Assembly (NCBI RefSeq): GCF_000315625.1
Contig: NW_005434601.1
Location: 204,503 to 268,502, forward strand
Reading direction: 5' to 3'
Length of the DNA: 64,000 bases
Origin: Guillardia theta CCMP2712
Lineage: Eukaryota; Protista; Cryptophyta
A model generated the notes under the pieces. It saw only the letters and a program-made list of their open reading frames with translations. It was not told the origin of the DNA and ran no database searches. This document shows, in pieces, positions 1-12,686 of the stretch. The translations under genes and the position numbers were made by a program. Every line of letters begins with the position of its first letter. The stretch's first letter is position 1.

Positions 1-74
<74 letters not shown>
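1..74. repeat. (GA)n microsatellite, probably intronic
   Basis: Pure GA dinucleotide run at the window start. Confidence 0.95.
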
Positions 75-78
<4 letters not shown>

Positions 79-96
79 GAGGAGGAAGAGGAGATA

Positions 97-582
97 CCGC
101 GGAGGAGGGAGCATTCTTCCTTTCGTTGAGGAAGATCTTGTTGGGTATCTCCCACTTGTGCCTGACGATCCAGCAGGAGGTCAGCTGAGGCGGAGCTGCA
201 AGTCGTTCCCCCACATTTTCTGCAGGAGATTCACGTTAAGCTCCACCGGCTGCGCCCGCAAAGTCTGGGAGATGCGACTCCTGTCTCGAGCTGGACGAGG
301 AGGTCAGGGTGCGTGAGGAAGGAAACACGACGAGGAAGAGGCAGAGGAGGAGGAGGAGAAGGAGATGGAGGATAGAGGAGGAGGAGGAGAAGGAGGATAG
401 GAAGAAGGGGGTCTATTCACCAGATCGGATCCGCCTCTGCTTGCTCTCAAGTCGAGCAGCTTCGGCATCTGAACTCTCTCTCTGTAAGATTTCGCGTTGA
501 TACCTGCGGGGTGAAGTAAATGGAAGCCATCATCATCCTTCTCCCTCCCCACTTGTGCAGTCATCATCATCATCATCATCAT

Positions 583-616
<34 letters not shown>

Positions 617-3600
617 TCCATCATCTCCATCATCATCATCATCTCCATCATCACCATCATCACCATCACCATGTGCTCCCCTTCCTCTAACACTCTCCTC
701 CTCCTCCTCCTCCTCGCCCGCCCTCCCACCGGATCGTCGCAGCAATGTTCTGCTTCTCCTCCTGCACGAAGTCTCTCTTCGAGTGAGGAGCCGTGGCCGG
801 TCGGAGACCTGCAGCAGGATGAGGCGATGAGCAGAGAGGAAGAGGCGGGAGAGAGTGAGAGAAGAACAGGAAGGAGCAGGAGCAGGGAAGAGGAGGAGAA
901 GGATGCGATTCTTTCATGTACCTGCAAGTCGCAGGTTGCGAGTCTGAAGGGACATCACAACCTTGGTGTCCAGCATTGCATACCCTTCAGCTTCCTCCTC
1001 CTCCTCTTCCTCCTCCTTCCTCTCCCCTCCTCTCCTCCCTGCCCTGTCATAGATGTCGCTGGGCTGTAGCTGCTCGTCCTGTCCTGTCCCGCTCTTGGAG
1101 GACAGGTGGGGTCGGAGCTGGACAGCGCGAGATTTCCAAGATAGAAGTTTCTCTTTGAAGATGCTTGTGCCTAGATGGACCTCCATGAAGCTGAGAAAAG
1201 AAGAAAGAAAGAAAGATTAGCGAGAAGATGACAAGTGAGTGAAGATGACCCGTGAGTGGAGAAGGACGGTGATGAGACATGGAGGAGGAGGAGGAGGAGA
1301 CATGGAAGAGGTGATGGAGAAAGACGAGGAGAAGGAGGAGGAAGGACGGGAGTGGACTAGAGGAGACGGGAGTAAGGCAGGCTGGAAGAAGCGGAGGGAG
1401 AAGGGAACATGGAGGAGAGGGTAGCAGCCTTACTTCTGTAGTTGAGAGAACCACATGCGAGCATGAAAACCTCTGAAAGTCGCCTGAGAAGCTTGTGAGA
1501 TCTCATAGAAACCATCTTCTTCCTCCCTCTACGTCCTCCACGCTCAACTTGCCTCCCTCCCTCCCTCCCTCCCTCCCTCCCTCCCTCCCTCCCTCCTCCT
1601 CCTTCACATCTTCCTCTCATCCTGAAATCCTTCTCCCCTTCTACTCCCTCTGCCCTTGTCTCCTCTTTTATCCTTTTGTTCTCCTCCTCCTCCTCTCCTC
1701 CTCGTACCTGGATCAANNNNNNNNNNNNNNNNNNNNNNNNNNNNNNNNNNNNNNNNNNNNNNNNNNNNNNNNNNNNNNNNNNNNNNNNNNNNNNNNNNNN
1801 NNNNNNNNNNNNNNNNNNNNNNNNNNNNNNNNNNNNNNNNNNNNNNNNNNNNNNNNNNNNNNNNNNNNNNNNNNNNNNNNNNNNNNNNNNNNNNNNNNNN
1901 NNNNNNNNNNNNNNNNNNNNNNNNNNNNNNNNNNNNNNNNNNNNNNNNNNNNNNNNNNNNNNNNNNNNNNNNNNNNNNNNNNNNNNNNNNNNNNNNNNNN
2001 NNNNNNNNNNNNNNNNNNNNNNNNNNNNNNNNNNNNNNNNNNNNNNNNNNNNNNNNNNNNNNNNNNNNNNNNNNNNNNNNNNNNNNNNNNNNNNNNNNNN
2101 NNNNNNNNNNNNNNNNNNNNNNNNNNNNNNNNNNNNNNNNNNNNNNNNNNNNNNNNNNNNNNNNNNNNNNNNNNNNNNNNNNNNNNNNNNNNNNNNNNNN
2201 NNNNNNNNNNNNNNNNNNNNNNNNNNNNNNNNNNNNNNNNNNNNNNNNNNNNNNNNNNNGAGGAATGGCACATTGAAGATAGTCAGAGAGGAGGTGAAGA
2301 AAGAAACAAGGAGTGGAGCACGAGGAAGGTGAGGGGGGGGGCGGACCTGCAAAAGTTCCTTGGGGTGCTGCAGGTATGCCTGAACGTCGGGAGCAAACGA
2401 TCCATCAGTTTGCGCTGCCTCCTTCTCCAGCTCCAGCCATGTGGGAAGGAGTCGTGATCCGGTACCCTCCCCAGGATGGAGGCAGATCTGAATATGATGA
2501 TCACGATTGGCTTCGAAGACGGAATCGAGCAGGGGCAGGGGCAGGAGCAGGGGCAGGGGCAGGAGCAGGAGAAGCAGGAGGAGCAGGAGCAGGAGAAGCA
2601 GGAGCAGGGGCAGGAGGAGGAGGAGGATAGAAACAAGTGAAACAAAGCTAGGATCTGAAGCATACAGAACCTGAAGCAAAACAGGGCAGAAGGAGAGGAG
2701 GGGGAAACCAAGAGAGGAGGAGGAAGCAAACAGGGAGGAGAGGAGGTAAGTGAGCAGTACATGATGATCTCGATCGAAGTACATCTTCAAACGAGATTCT
2801 CTGAGAATCTTTGGGGCAGCTGCAGATATTTCTTTCGTTAGGAGCAAAGTTCAGGTTGGGAAAGTGGCAGAAGGGAGAGGATAGGACCGGGAGGAGATGG
2901 CTGAGGGAGGAGATGATAAGGCAGAAGAGCAGGGGATCGAGGGAAGAGAACATCAGAAGGGTGAAGGAGCAGGAGGTGGTCAGGAGGAGAAGCAAGAGGA
3001 CCTGAGCACTTGTGCAGCTTCGTTTGCAGGTTCGGATAGACGATGAAGAGAGTCTCGCTGCTCAGTCTCGCTGTCCTTCTCTTTATATCTGCCAGCAGCC
3101 GCGTCCGCAGCCGCAACATCCTCCATCGCCACCACCTCGGGGCATCGTCACCAGGACATCGAAGGCAAGCTGCCTCCTCTTACTGCTGCAGGAGACGAGC
3201 AGACCGGAGGCGGAGGAGCGAAGTAGCCAGAGTAGGAACCATGGTAGAGCGGCACCTGCAAGAGGTCAGTGGGAAGGGAGAGGATGAAATTTAAAGGTCC
3301 TTCCTCTACCTCCATGATCGCCAGATCCGCTGGATGGAGCAGGCGGCAAGGATCCGGTCGACTGCATCCGGATGGAGCAGAACGATGCTCCTGCTCGTCG
3401 CGTGCACCTGGAAGGGAAGAGTCAGAGTGAACAACGCGGAGGAGGAAGAGAGGGAGGAAAGGCAGAAGGAAGGAGGGAGATGGATTGTGGAAGAGGAAAG
3501 AGCACAGAGGAGAGGATAACCAGCAGGTGGAGGGAGAAAGAGGAGGAGTTGATGTGAGCGGAACGGGCGGAGGAGGAAACGTAAGAGGATTAAGAAGAGA

Positions 3601-5280
3601 GGAGGAAATGAAACAGCACTGCGACCTTGTGAAGGTTCTGGTTGAAGTAGGCCACCCATGCACAAAATCTCCTCATGTTGTCCGGTGAGTCGAAGTTGAT
3701 GAGGAGTAAAGGAGAACCCCAGAGACCTATCGCTCCTCCCCCTCCTTCTTTCCCTGCCTCTCTCCCCCTCTCCTCCTCCTCCTCCTCCTCCTCCTCCTCC
3801 CAGACCCTCCTCTCTCCGCTGTTGCACTTGTAACCCCTTCTGCGAATGACGTTGAAGGCGATCACTTGCAAGATCGACGGGTCGGCCCTGAGCTTGATGG
3901 CATCGAGCATATCGCACTTCCTGCAGACGGCGGTCAGCGTGAGAACGAAGCTTGCACTGCCTCCAGCCCGCACCTCTTCCTCTTCCTCAGCACGATCCCT
4001 CTCAGAGAAAGGCTCGACGAGTCCCCAGGAGGAGGAGGAGGAGGCTCGCGGCAGCACGCGATCTCCGTCCTCGTGACTCGAGGAGCGTTCTCCACGAACA
4101 GAAGCTGGGTCCAAACTTTCAGCAGTTCGAGGCAAGATCTCTTGCTCGAAGGAAGGATGAAGATGCTGCGTCCTCCCGTCTCAGATTCCTCCAACCTCCC
4201 TTTCCCGCTTTGCAGATTCAAGAAAGTCTCTTCCTCTTCTGCCAACAATCGCTTGAAGTGCAGGAGTGCAAAGGTCCTCATGTACCTGCACCGCAAAAAT
4301 GGTGAATAGACGCAAAGATGTGAACTGATGATGGATAAGACATTTCTATCTGCTAGTTGTCGACCTCCAACTTCAACTCATGGACTTATGATATCAGCAA
4401 ACAAATCTCTCCACCGACTCGTTTCATCTAGACGAACGAACCAGCATCTTTCAATGTTGTCTCCGTCTCCTCACCTTCGCATCAAGAACTTCTGCAGCTT
4501 CACCACACAAGGCCTGACTCGCCTCGATATCCTCGAGAAGTGCTTCCTCCCAACATGCCCTCGGAAGACTCGCTGGATCACAAGGTACGGTCGACATCGC
4601 GAGTAGCTGCTGTACAAGACGTGCATGTGGCGGTGGAAGGAAGAGACAAGCTCGGAGGAGCTGACCTCCTCCCTCGCTTTCTCCTCTCTTGCTATCATTG
4701 CAGAGTGTTCGTCCATGTAGCTCTGAATCCTCGAAAACAGCTTGTGACCCTGTGACATCCTGAGAAAAGAAAACAAATCGAAACTATGCATTACCGCGGG
4801 CAGGAAATCGTTGTCGTTCTTGACTTCGTCGTCGAGGCAGAGGATGGAAGGACAGAGAGAGAGGAGGAAGGGACGATAAGAAGGACTCTGAGCCACAGGG
4901 TTCTGGAATGCCGTCAGCGACCGCAGCCTCACACTGCCTGCTAGCCCAGCCAAGGCCGAAACTTTCTCCAGCCTGTTTTGATGGAGGAGGAGCACCTGTA
5001 GCAGCGGCAGGGAAGACCAAAACTGCATGTCCGGAAGTCGTCTGATGCCATTTTCACTCAGGTCAAGGAATCTCAGCGACTTCAACGAGTTCAGCTGATT
5101 GATATCCAACTGTCCCATCCTTGACAGGTGCACATACTGGACGTCTTGAGAGTCCAGGGCGTCCTCGATCTGAAATGCTGTTGCCCGGCTCGCCGTGCGA
5201 TCTCGCTCTTCGACTACTGTCTCCCAATCCTGATACTTGGTCTCGATCCTCTTGTGAGCATTTCTGACGTAGACCTTCAT
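97..5280 (-). CDS. LRR and IQ-motif protein (LRRIQ3-like), multi-exon, interrupted by an N-gap; 3' end probably beyond the window start
   Basis: First exon (ATG 5280) encodes SDS22-like LRRs (LRFLDLSENGIRRLPD, LQVLLLHQNRL, LRSLTAFQNPV), an LRRcap (YRPFLLSLCPSILCLDD) and IQ motifs (LVIQRVFRGHVGRK). Further GT-AG-bounded minus-strand exons follow, including an acidic G/D exon at ~533-750. Whether all belong to one gene across the gap is inferred. Confidence 0.65.
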
Positions 5281-5408
5281 CGCGTTCCTCTTGCTACACC
5301 GTCGGCTCGTGGTCCAGCTCCTGCTCACTTCTAGCTCTGGCAAGTTTCTGGCTGCATCTTTGTTGTGATCCCTGTCTCATGCTCTCTCGGCATCGTCTGA
5401 CGCATCAC

Positions 5409-5540
5409 TACCTTCCTCCTGCCAGCCCTCTACCTTCCTCCTGCCAGCCCTCTACCTTCCTCCTGCCAGCCCTCTACCTTCCTCCTGCCAGCCCTCTACC
5501 TTCCTCCTGCCAGCCCTCTACCTTCCTCCTGCCAGCCATC
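5409..5540. repeat. 22-bp minisatellite (TACCTTCCTCCTGCCAGCCCTC) x6
   Basis: Five perfect copies plus one copy with a single mismatch, read directly from the sequence. Confidence 0.95.
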
Positions 5541-5634
5541 GTCTCTCCTTCCCCGTCCCCTTCATCTCCATCCACTGCCATGGACACAAAGAGAACTTTT
5601 GCCCAGCCTCCTCCCCACTCAAACCAACGGACAA

Positions 5635-5842
5635 GCTGCCGGGCCAGCTGCAGTGCCGGGCCTGCTGCCGGGCCAGCGGCTGCAGTGCCGGGGCCTCAGC
5701 GGCTCAGGCCGGGCCCGGCCGGGGTAAGCTGCCGGGCCTCCGAGCGAGTGCCGCCGTGCTGCCCGGGGGGCGGCCCTGCCAGTCATGTCACCGTGAGTGC
5801 CCCCTGCACCTCCGAGTGCTGCCCGGCGCCTCAGCCCCGGCC
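5635..5842. repeat. GC-rich oligo-mosaic tract (GCCGGG/CCCGG/CTCAG/CCGAG words)
   Basis: Non-periodic concatenation of a few short GC-rich words in both orientations. Confidence 0.75.
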
Positions 5843-6476
5843 TATTGACTAAAAGTTTATTGACTGACGCAGTGAAACTTGAAGAAAAGGCAGCTCACGG
5901 TACCTTATTTGTATTCATCAATTGGATAGTACCTTTTTGTTGATGGGGGTGGGCTGTCTGGTTTGAATTTTTGTACCAGAAATGATTCTTGAGTAATTAC
6001 ATAAAAGTTGTTTTTGAGATATCAAGTTTTACCGTGGCACTGGCCCGAGTCGGCCGGGATCCTCCGAGTCACAACCCCTCCCGCAAATTGTTCGCCAGCC
6101 GTGTATGGCAGGCTTCCCCTCCCCGCCCCTCCAACCATCCCTTCAAGTCAGGCTTCCTCCCCGCCCCTCCCGGTCTCGGATCATCGCTTATTTCAGGTTG
6201 GCACATCGGACGCTCCTCAGCTTGTGCTTTGTGGTGACTCAGCTGAGTCTGAGGACGAAGAGGGGGTCTTTCCTAGCCGTCTTGCTAAGGTCCTCTCATG
6301 TCTGGATGCTTGGGTTTCACATCCTAGCATACAGTCTATCTCTCATGTGCTCCTCAATTCTGGTTTTGTGTGCATTAAACTCGGTCTTGAGCAAAAACTG
6401 TCTTGTTACAACTAAGGTCGATGTGATATCTGCGTGACTTTGGACTAGTACAAGTCTAACAAACTTGTATTCCGTC

Positions 6477-6487
6477 GGTTATGAGCC
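6477..6487 (+). other. Primer-binding site complementary to the anticodon arm of initiator tRNA-Met (half-tRNA priming, copia/Ty5 type)
   Basis: GGTTATGAGCC directly 3' of the 5' LTR. Confidence 0.75.
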
Positions 6488-7358
6488 TCGATTACATGCT
6501 CAATCATGTTGATCTTATATTTGGTTAGTTGAATTGTTTACTGGAGTTTTTTCTTTCTTGGTATTGTTTTCCCGTTGCTGTTGAAAATTCATGCAAATTC
6601 TATCAAGCTTTACACATTCGGATGACTCCTCTCTTCAATCAGGCTCTCTTTCTAGCCGCAAGTTGTTTAGGCCTCTCATCTCAGCCTCAATTTGTTTGAT
6701 TGATCTTCGAATTGGAAAAACAAGCCTTCCCCAGCCAGATTGGTCGGTCGAATATCTGCTTAACCGTGTGGAAACGCACTTGAAGCTGATTCGATTTTAA
6801 TCTTCTTGATCTTTGAGTAGGATCAAATGGAACTACCAGGAGATCTGGCGGAAGTTTTCATGTCATGGAGCTAGGCTGTGGCATGCATAACTGGAGCTAC
6901 TTCTGGATCGGCGAACAAGGTACTACTGCACAACAATCTTCAGATGCCTTGAAACGGATGTTCCAATCTCGCGGCAGCAATCTCTGGTCACAAGTTCTTT
7001 ACGGTTCAAAATTTATCTTTTGGTCTTCAAATGCCGGCGGGCACGCTCTCTCTCTCTCTCTCTCTCTGTTATCTGAACTCCGAAGTTCTCTCCTCAGACT
7101 CTCTTATCTTATCCTCCTTCTCTCGTCATTGCATCAGCTCGCCAGGCATCTCCCTTATCTCTGCACTGCACATCTAATAGCCCTGCATGAAAATCTTCTT
7201 CAGAATGGACAATCCTTGAATGGTTATTGCCCACTCAGCATGACTGTGAACTTGACGTTGTATCATCGTATCTTGACTTGGATCTGCTGACATTCTCTTG
7301 GTTGAGTGACTTTCTGACGTCCGATGTAACGTACTATTTCAGAAACTCGGGGGGAGGA

Positions 7359-7684
7359 TGGAACGTATGCCAGCCGTGCCAGTCAGATAGCGCCGAGTTA
7401 ACAAAAACTCTCCTGTAAACCAAGACGACTTACCGTGGCAGGCGGCCAATGTAGCGTATGGGACGAAGAGGGGGTCTTTCCTAGCCGTCTTGCTAAGGTC
7501 CTCTCATGTCTGGATGCTTGGGTTTCACATCCTAGCATACAGTCTATCTCTCATGTGCTCCTCAATTCTGGTTTGTGTGCATTAAACTCGGTCTTGAGCA
7601 AAAACTGTCTTGTTACAACTAAGGTCGATGTGATATCTGCGTGACTTTGGACTAGTACAAGTCTAACAAACTTGTATTCCGTCA
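7359..7684 (+). repeat. Complete 3' LTR (326 bp, TG...CA)
   Basis: Starts with TG just after the polypurine tract and ends in GTCA; shares 223 bp with the 5' copy. Confidence 0.8.
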
Positions 7685-8793
7685 GAGTCACTGACTGAAA
7701 GTTAAATTAAAAATCATAACGTTGAGTCTGACCCCGGCTGACACCGGGCGTCTGTCGCACAGGCTGGCCAAACGACGAGCCTGACTCGCTCGGAGAAGAG
7801 AAAACTCGGACAGCGAGAACCAAACCCAATCCTGCCGACTGCTGTCCTCCAAACTTAGCAGCCTTCCTCGACTCTCCTGATTGTGTTGAGTTCTAATGAT
7901 AGCCCGGCGCTGCTCGGAAGTTCAACGGTAGGCCCGGCAAAGTTGGACCGTACGGTCACGTACGGTATGAGGGGAATTAATGGGAATGTAGCATGTGTGG
8001 GGAATGATGGGGGTGGGGTGGGGTAGGGTTCAAAAATCTGAAATGGAGAGACAAAATGGTGGGTAATTTTATGGAATATTGGGGGTAGGGGTACTTGGGA
8101 CCCACGAGCGGTAGAGGAGGGGTCCTTGAGTCTTGATCGGCCTCCAGTCGATATGAGATGGCCTCGCAGTTGGAACAGGGCGAAGAGGAGGAGGGAGGAG
8201 GAGGGGAGGAGGAGGGGAGGAGGAGGAGAGGAGGAGGAAAGGAGAGGAGTGGAGAGGAAGAGAGATGAGATCAGAGGAGAAGGACGAGGAGAAGAGGACA
8301 TGGAAGGGTCAAACAGGTATGAGGTGAAGGGAGATATGATGAGACTTTGAGAAGAAGGATGTGAATAGTTGCGATGATAGAAGATGAGATATGAAGGAAA
8401 GAGATGTGCTTGATTGTCATGAAGAGGAAAAACAAAAGTGAAGTGAAAGTGTTTGTTGACTAGGACAAAACGTATTGGAATAGACAACAGTTGGTTGAGT
8501 GCCATATTTTACTTGGATAAGTCATTCGCAAGAATGGCTGACAGCTGCAGCAGGAAAGTGAAAGGCGACTGAAGGACGAGAACGACTCACATAAAGACAC
8601 AAGGAGTGAAGGAACAGACTTCACATCATCAGGAAGCCGGACGAATCTGGGGTGTCAGCAGAGTTGCTGAGCTGAAGCCGTGCATGCCTTGCTGACATGC
8701 CGCTCAATCTCTCGCGCGGGAGCTCGCTCATCGCTCAGCTCTTCCTTCTCGTCTTCTCTTGCTTGTTCTGGGAGATCAGACCAGAGATCGGCA

Positions 8794-11700
8794 ATGCGCC
8801 TGCTTCAGCATGCCTGGGAACGACCGTGGTGAATCTCCTTGCCTCTTTGCAACATTGACTTCTACTATCATACCTTCCCTTCCCTTCCCTTCCCTTCCCT
8901 TCCCTCGTTCGCTCGCTCGCTTCCTCTCTCCCCTTCTCCTTCTCCTTCCGTCCTCCTTCTCGTCACTCGTCTTCTCTCCATCCTGCCGTTCTCATTATCC
9001 TCGCAGGCTGCAAGGAACTCTCCCCGATGCAGTTTTGCCGGTGTGATCGAGTGGGGAGAGGACCGGCTGCAGCCTCCCAAGCTCTGCGTCTCCGTGTTGA
9101 ACAGCTCAGGATCAAGCATCGGGAATGAGGAGACTCCTGCAGAGGCGACGGATAACGCGGAGCATGCACGCTTGGGGGTGGACAGAGAGCAGTCCAAAGA
9201 AGAAGCTGTCGAGCAGGGAAACCAGGAGGTGAGAAGCTTGTTCCATTACTCAAGCCTCTCACTGTCATGAAGGCTGGGCAGGGAAGCGACTTGCTAGGGC
9301 TATCTCCCTCCCTCCTCTCCCTGTCTCCGACTGCTGTCGAGCGAACGGTATGGAATGAAAGTACGTCGCCATTCTCTTCCCCTCACGTGTGCCCAGGAGT
9401 CTCCTGCTCTCCCCAGCAGCTCGGTGGACTGTTCCTTCTTTCCCTCGGCTCCTGAGGGCCCTGGTGAAATCCAACATCAGGTCTGTCTCCCGTCCAAACT
9501 GCTCCTCCCACCCTTGCTCCCTCCTCCACCCTCGCAGCTGTCTCTTCCTCCCTCCTGTTGTTCTGTCCTGTTGCTGAGACTTCAGCAGGTTTTGTTGCAC
9601 GAGAGCAGCGAGGGGGAGGGGAAGGAGTCGCACCAGAGCTGGGTGACACTGAAGGGGTCGTCGTGCTGCTCGTCCTGCCGGTGTAAGCATGTGGCCTTCG
9701 GGCTCGCTGCAACGATCGGGGAGCCAACAAACTTGCGGTAGAGGAGGAGGAGGAGGGGGAAGGAGAGGGGGGACCTTGGGGAGAAGGGGAGGATGCGAGG
9801 AGGAGGGAGAAGGCAAGAGGAGCTGACGCAGAGTGCAGGGAAGGATGGGAGAGCCTCTTCTGTGCGTCCTGTTTACGTGGGGATATAAACCTCGAGCGAA
9901 AGTGTGTGGTACTCTGCAATAGGTGAGGAAGGGCGACGGAGGAGGCGATGGAGAACGAGGGGGAGGGGGGGTGAAGGTGAAGGAGGACAAGGGTGAAGAG
10001 GGGGACGAGGAGGAGGAGGAGGAAGATGGCACTGACGGTCCTGTAGGTGTTCACATTGCTCTCGTCGAGCAGACTGGGGGGTTGATCATGGCAGCGGCGG
10101 AGGCAGAGCCGTGCGGTGCAGGGCGCACAGGCGCATGGGGGATGTAAATATGAGACGTCCAAGGTACGATGGGAGGAGAGGGCGAGGGAGGATGGGAAGG
10201 GAGGGTATGGGAGTGAGGAACGGGGGTTGGGGAGAGGACGAGGACAATGAGAGTGAGAGTTGTCCAGGTGCGAGTTCCTGCAAGGATGCTCGAGGAAGCC
10301 GATCTTTGGGGACTCCGGAGCCCCTCCCTCGGTCTGTGTCTGACCCTCCTGCCCTCCTGCGATGCTAACATGGAGGATACAGCACTGTGCGCTGCACAAG
10401 GGAGAGGAGCAGGTGTACTCGACTGTTCTGCCTCCTCCTGGATCTCACTTCAAGCCGACTTGCCAACATATCATGAGGTAGGGTACCTGGTGCCCTTCCT
10501 CCCGCTGCTCCCTTCCCCTGTTCCTCGTTGACATCATCCTTGCTCTCCTCTCTGTCTCCATCAGTCAGCTCTTCCTTCCTCTGCTCCTCCCTTGCGTCAC
10601 TTTGCTGTGACTTCTTTCCGCAGGTGCGATCGCGTTCCCTCTTACGGTGAGGCGGAGGAACTCAAGGCGAGATTCTGCAAGGGCCACAAGCAGGTGAAGC
10701 AGGAGGAAGAGGAAGGATGGAGAAGGAGATGGGGAGGGGATGGAGGGACGGGGGAGGTTGGCGACTGAGGGAGGATGAGGAGGGAGGAAGGGGAGGGAGG
10801 AAGGAGAGGGAGGAAGAAGACGGGGCAAGAGGACGGGGCAAGAGGACGGAGCAAGAGGAGGAAGAAGTCCTGACTCATACCAGGCTCATCACGTCGACCT
10901 ACGAGCGAGCAAGAAAGTAACGGCGAGCTCCTCGGAGAGGTAACAGCAACTTCTTTTCCTCCTGCCCCCCCCCCTCGAGGCCCTTGACGAGAATTTCCCA
11001 GCTCTGAGGATGCAGATCTTGCTAGGACGAAGTCACCGAACCTGTCAGATGCAATGTAAGCCCTTGCTGCCTGGACCTCCTCCTCCTCCTCCTCCTCCTC
11101 CTCCTCCTCCTCCTCCTCCTCCTCGTCGAATTGACAGTTCGACTGACTGTCTTGGACAGCTCAAGCATCTCAGGAAGCGATGAGCTATTCCTGCAGCCAG
11201 GGTAGAAGCTGAGGCCTTGTGGTTCTTTTTCTTACTCTCCGCAGGATCACAAAGCCAAAGCAGCGGAGAACACGAGGGAAGCAAAAGGTAACTTCTCATC
11301 CTCTCCTCTCCTCTCCTCTCCCCTCCTCTCCTCTCCTCTCCTCTCCTCTCCTCTCTCCTCCTCTCATGATCTCTCTCGCAGGCCACCGTCGAAATCATTC
11401 GCCCAGAATTCATTAGCATGCGTGACAAGCGTGCGGCCAAGTCTCTCACGGCAGAGGATGAGAGGTGAGGAGAAGGACGAGGATGAGGAAGAGGACGAGG
11501 ACGATGACGAGGACGAGGAAAGAATCAGCAGGAGGACGAGGAGGAGGATGCGGGAGGGGGGATGGGGAGGGGGAGGAGACGCTTTGATTGGAGTCTGACG
11601 CAGCAAAGCAGGCATGCTGTGCGGCGGGTGCGGGTGACTGAGGAGGAGGGCTGCGGTCAGCTATGGGGGGGGGTCCATTACTACGAGCAGTTGCCGTACG

Positions 11701-11795
11701 TGGAGGTGGAGGGGATGAGAAGGTTCGGGGAGATGGAGGGAAGGGATCACTTAGAGGGCGGACTTTGGCATCCTGCTGCTATACAACAGACTTGA
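8794..11795 (+). CDS. EsV-1-7 cysteine-rich repeat protein (multi-exon; start uncertain)
   Basis: Spliced exons 10047-10693 give three C-x3/4-C...(F/W/Y)G...C-x2-H repeats: CSHCSRRADWG..AVRCRAHRRMGDVNM, CEFLQGCSRKPIFGDSG..HCALHK, CQHIMRCDRVPSYGEAEELKARFCKGHK..HVDL. Confidence 0.6.
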
Positions 11796-11811
11796 TGACA
11801 ACCTGCCTGTT

Positions 11812-12030
11812 CTGCCCGGGCCCGGGCCCCCTCGCTCCGATGACTGAAAGTCGCTCTCCTTGTGAAGTTGACTCACTCACACCGGTCGTTGTCGCCGCCG
11901 CGCCATATCACCCGGCCCCGGCCCCGGGCGGCGGGCCGGGCCGGGCCCCGCCCGGCTTGGTGACGGCCAGTGATGCACTCAGCGGCTGGCACTCACGGTT
12001 AAAAATTCTGTGAGTCCCGGGAGCCTCGAT
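11812..12030. repeat. GC-rich oligo-mosaic tract
   Basis: CCCGGGCCCGGGCCCC and CCGGCCCCGGCCCCGGGCGGCGGGCCGGGCCGGGCCCC plus CTCAG/GAGTC words. Confidence 0.7.
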
Positions 12031-12099
12031 GTAACGGATAATCAGCTGTCGTAACGTAGAAACGGACCAACGGACATGCGAGGATGTTGAGGATGGCGG

Positions 12100-12520
12100 G
12101 AAGTCGAAGAGGAAGAGGCAGGGAGGTGGCGGGGGAGGAATGGAGAGAGGAGGAGGCAGAGAGGAGGAGGAGGAGAGGAGGAGAGGAGGAGGAGGAGAGG
12201 AGGAGAGGAGAGGAGGAGAGGAGAGGAGGAGAGGAGAGGAGGAGAAGGAAGAGAGGAGGAGGAGGAGAGGAGGAGGAGGAAGAGAGGAGGAGGAGGAGGA
12301 GAAGAGGAGGAGGAAGAGAGCAGGAGAAGGAGAGGAGGAGGAAGAGAGGAGGAGGAGGAAGGGAGGAGGAGGAGAGGAGAGGAGGAGGAAGAGAGGAGGA
12401 GGAGGAAGGGAGGAGGAGGAGAGGAGGAGGAGGAGGAAGGGAGGAGGAGGAGGAAGAGAGGGAGCAGGAGGAGGAAGAGAGGAGGAGGAAGGAGGGACGA
12501 GGAGGGAAGGAGGGAGTGAG
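12100..12520 (+). repeat. Polypurine (GAG/GGAGA) low-complexity tract upstream of IQCA1
   Basis: ~400 bp almost purely A/G. Confidence 0.9.
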
Positions 12521-12686
12521 CAGATGAGATCATGACATGGAGAAGCAGCTAGTGGAGGTTGGAGGGGGATCGAGCAAGCAGCTGCAACCAAGGAGGATAG
12601 TTTGAGTGAAGGGAGGTGGTTGGACTGGACAGAGCTCTGACTATCTTACCATGCAGACTGGAGGAGAGGGAGAGGAGCGGGACGAC

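Larger units (their letters stand above)
6253..7684 (+). mobile_element. Non-autonomous Ty1/copia-type LTR retroelement (TRIM-like) with a truncated 5' LTR
   Basis: Direct repeats 6253-6476 and 7461-7683 are identical except for one T indel. A PBS-like GGTTATGAGCC follows the first repeat. A PPT (GGGGGGAGGA, 7349-7358) precedes a TG...CA 3' LTR (7359-7684). The ~880-bp interior has no recognisable pol. Confidence 0.8.

Noticed and set aside
1716-2259. Long ORFs running through X stretches (also 14460-14559, 28167-28266 and 60380-61202)
   Set aside because: Artefacts of assembly N-gaps
5409-5540. Possible CRISPR array
   Set aside because: Head-to-tail 22-bp units with no unique spacers, in a eukaryotic context with no cas genes
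6865-7290. gag/pol ORF inside the LTR element
   Set aside because: No recognisable zinc-knuckle, protease, integrase or RT motifs
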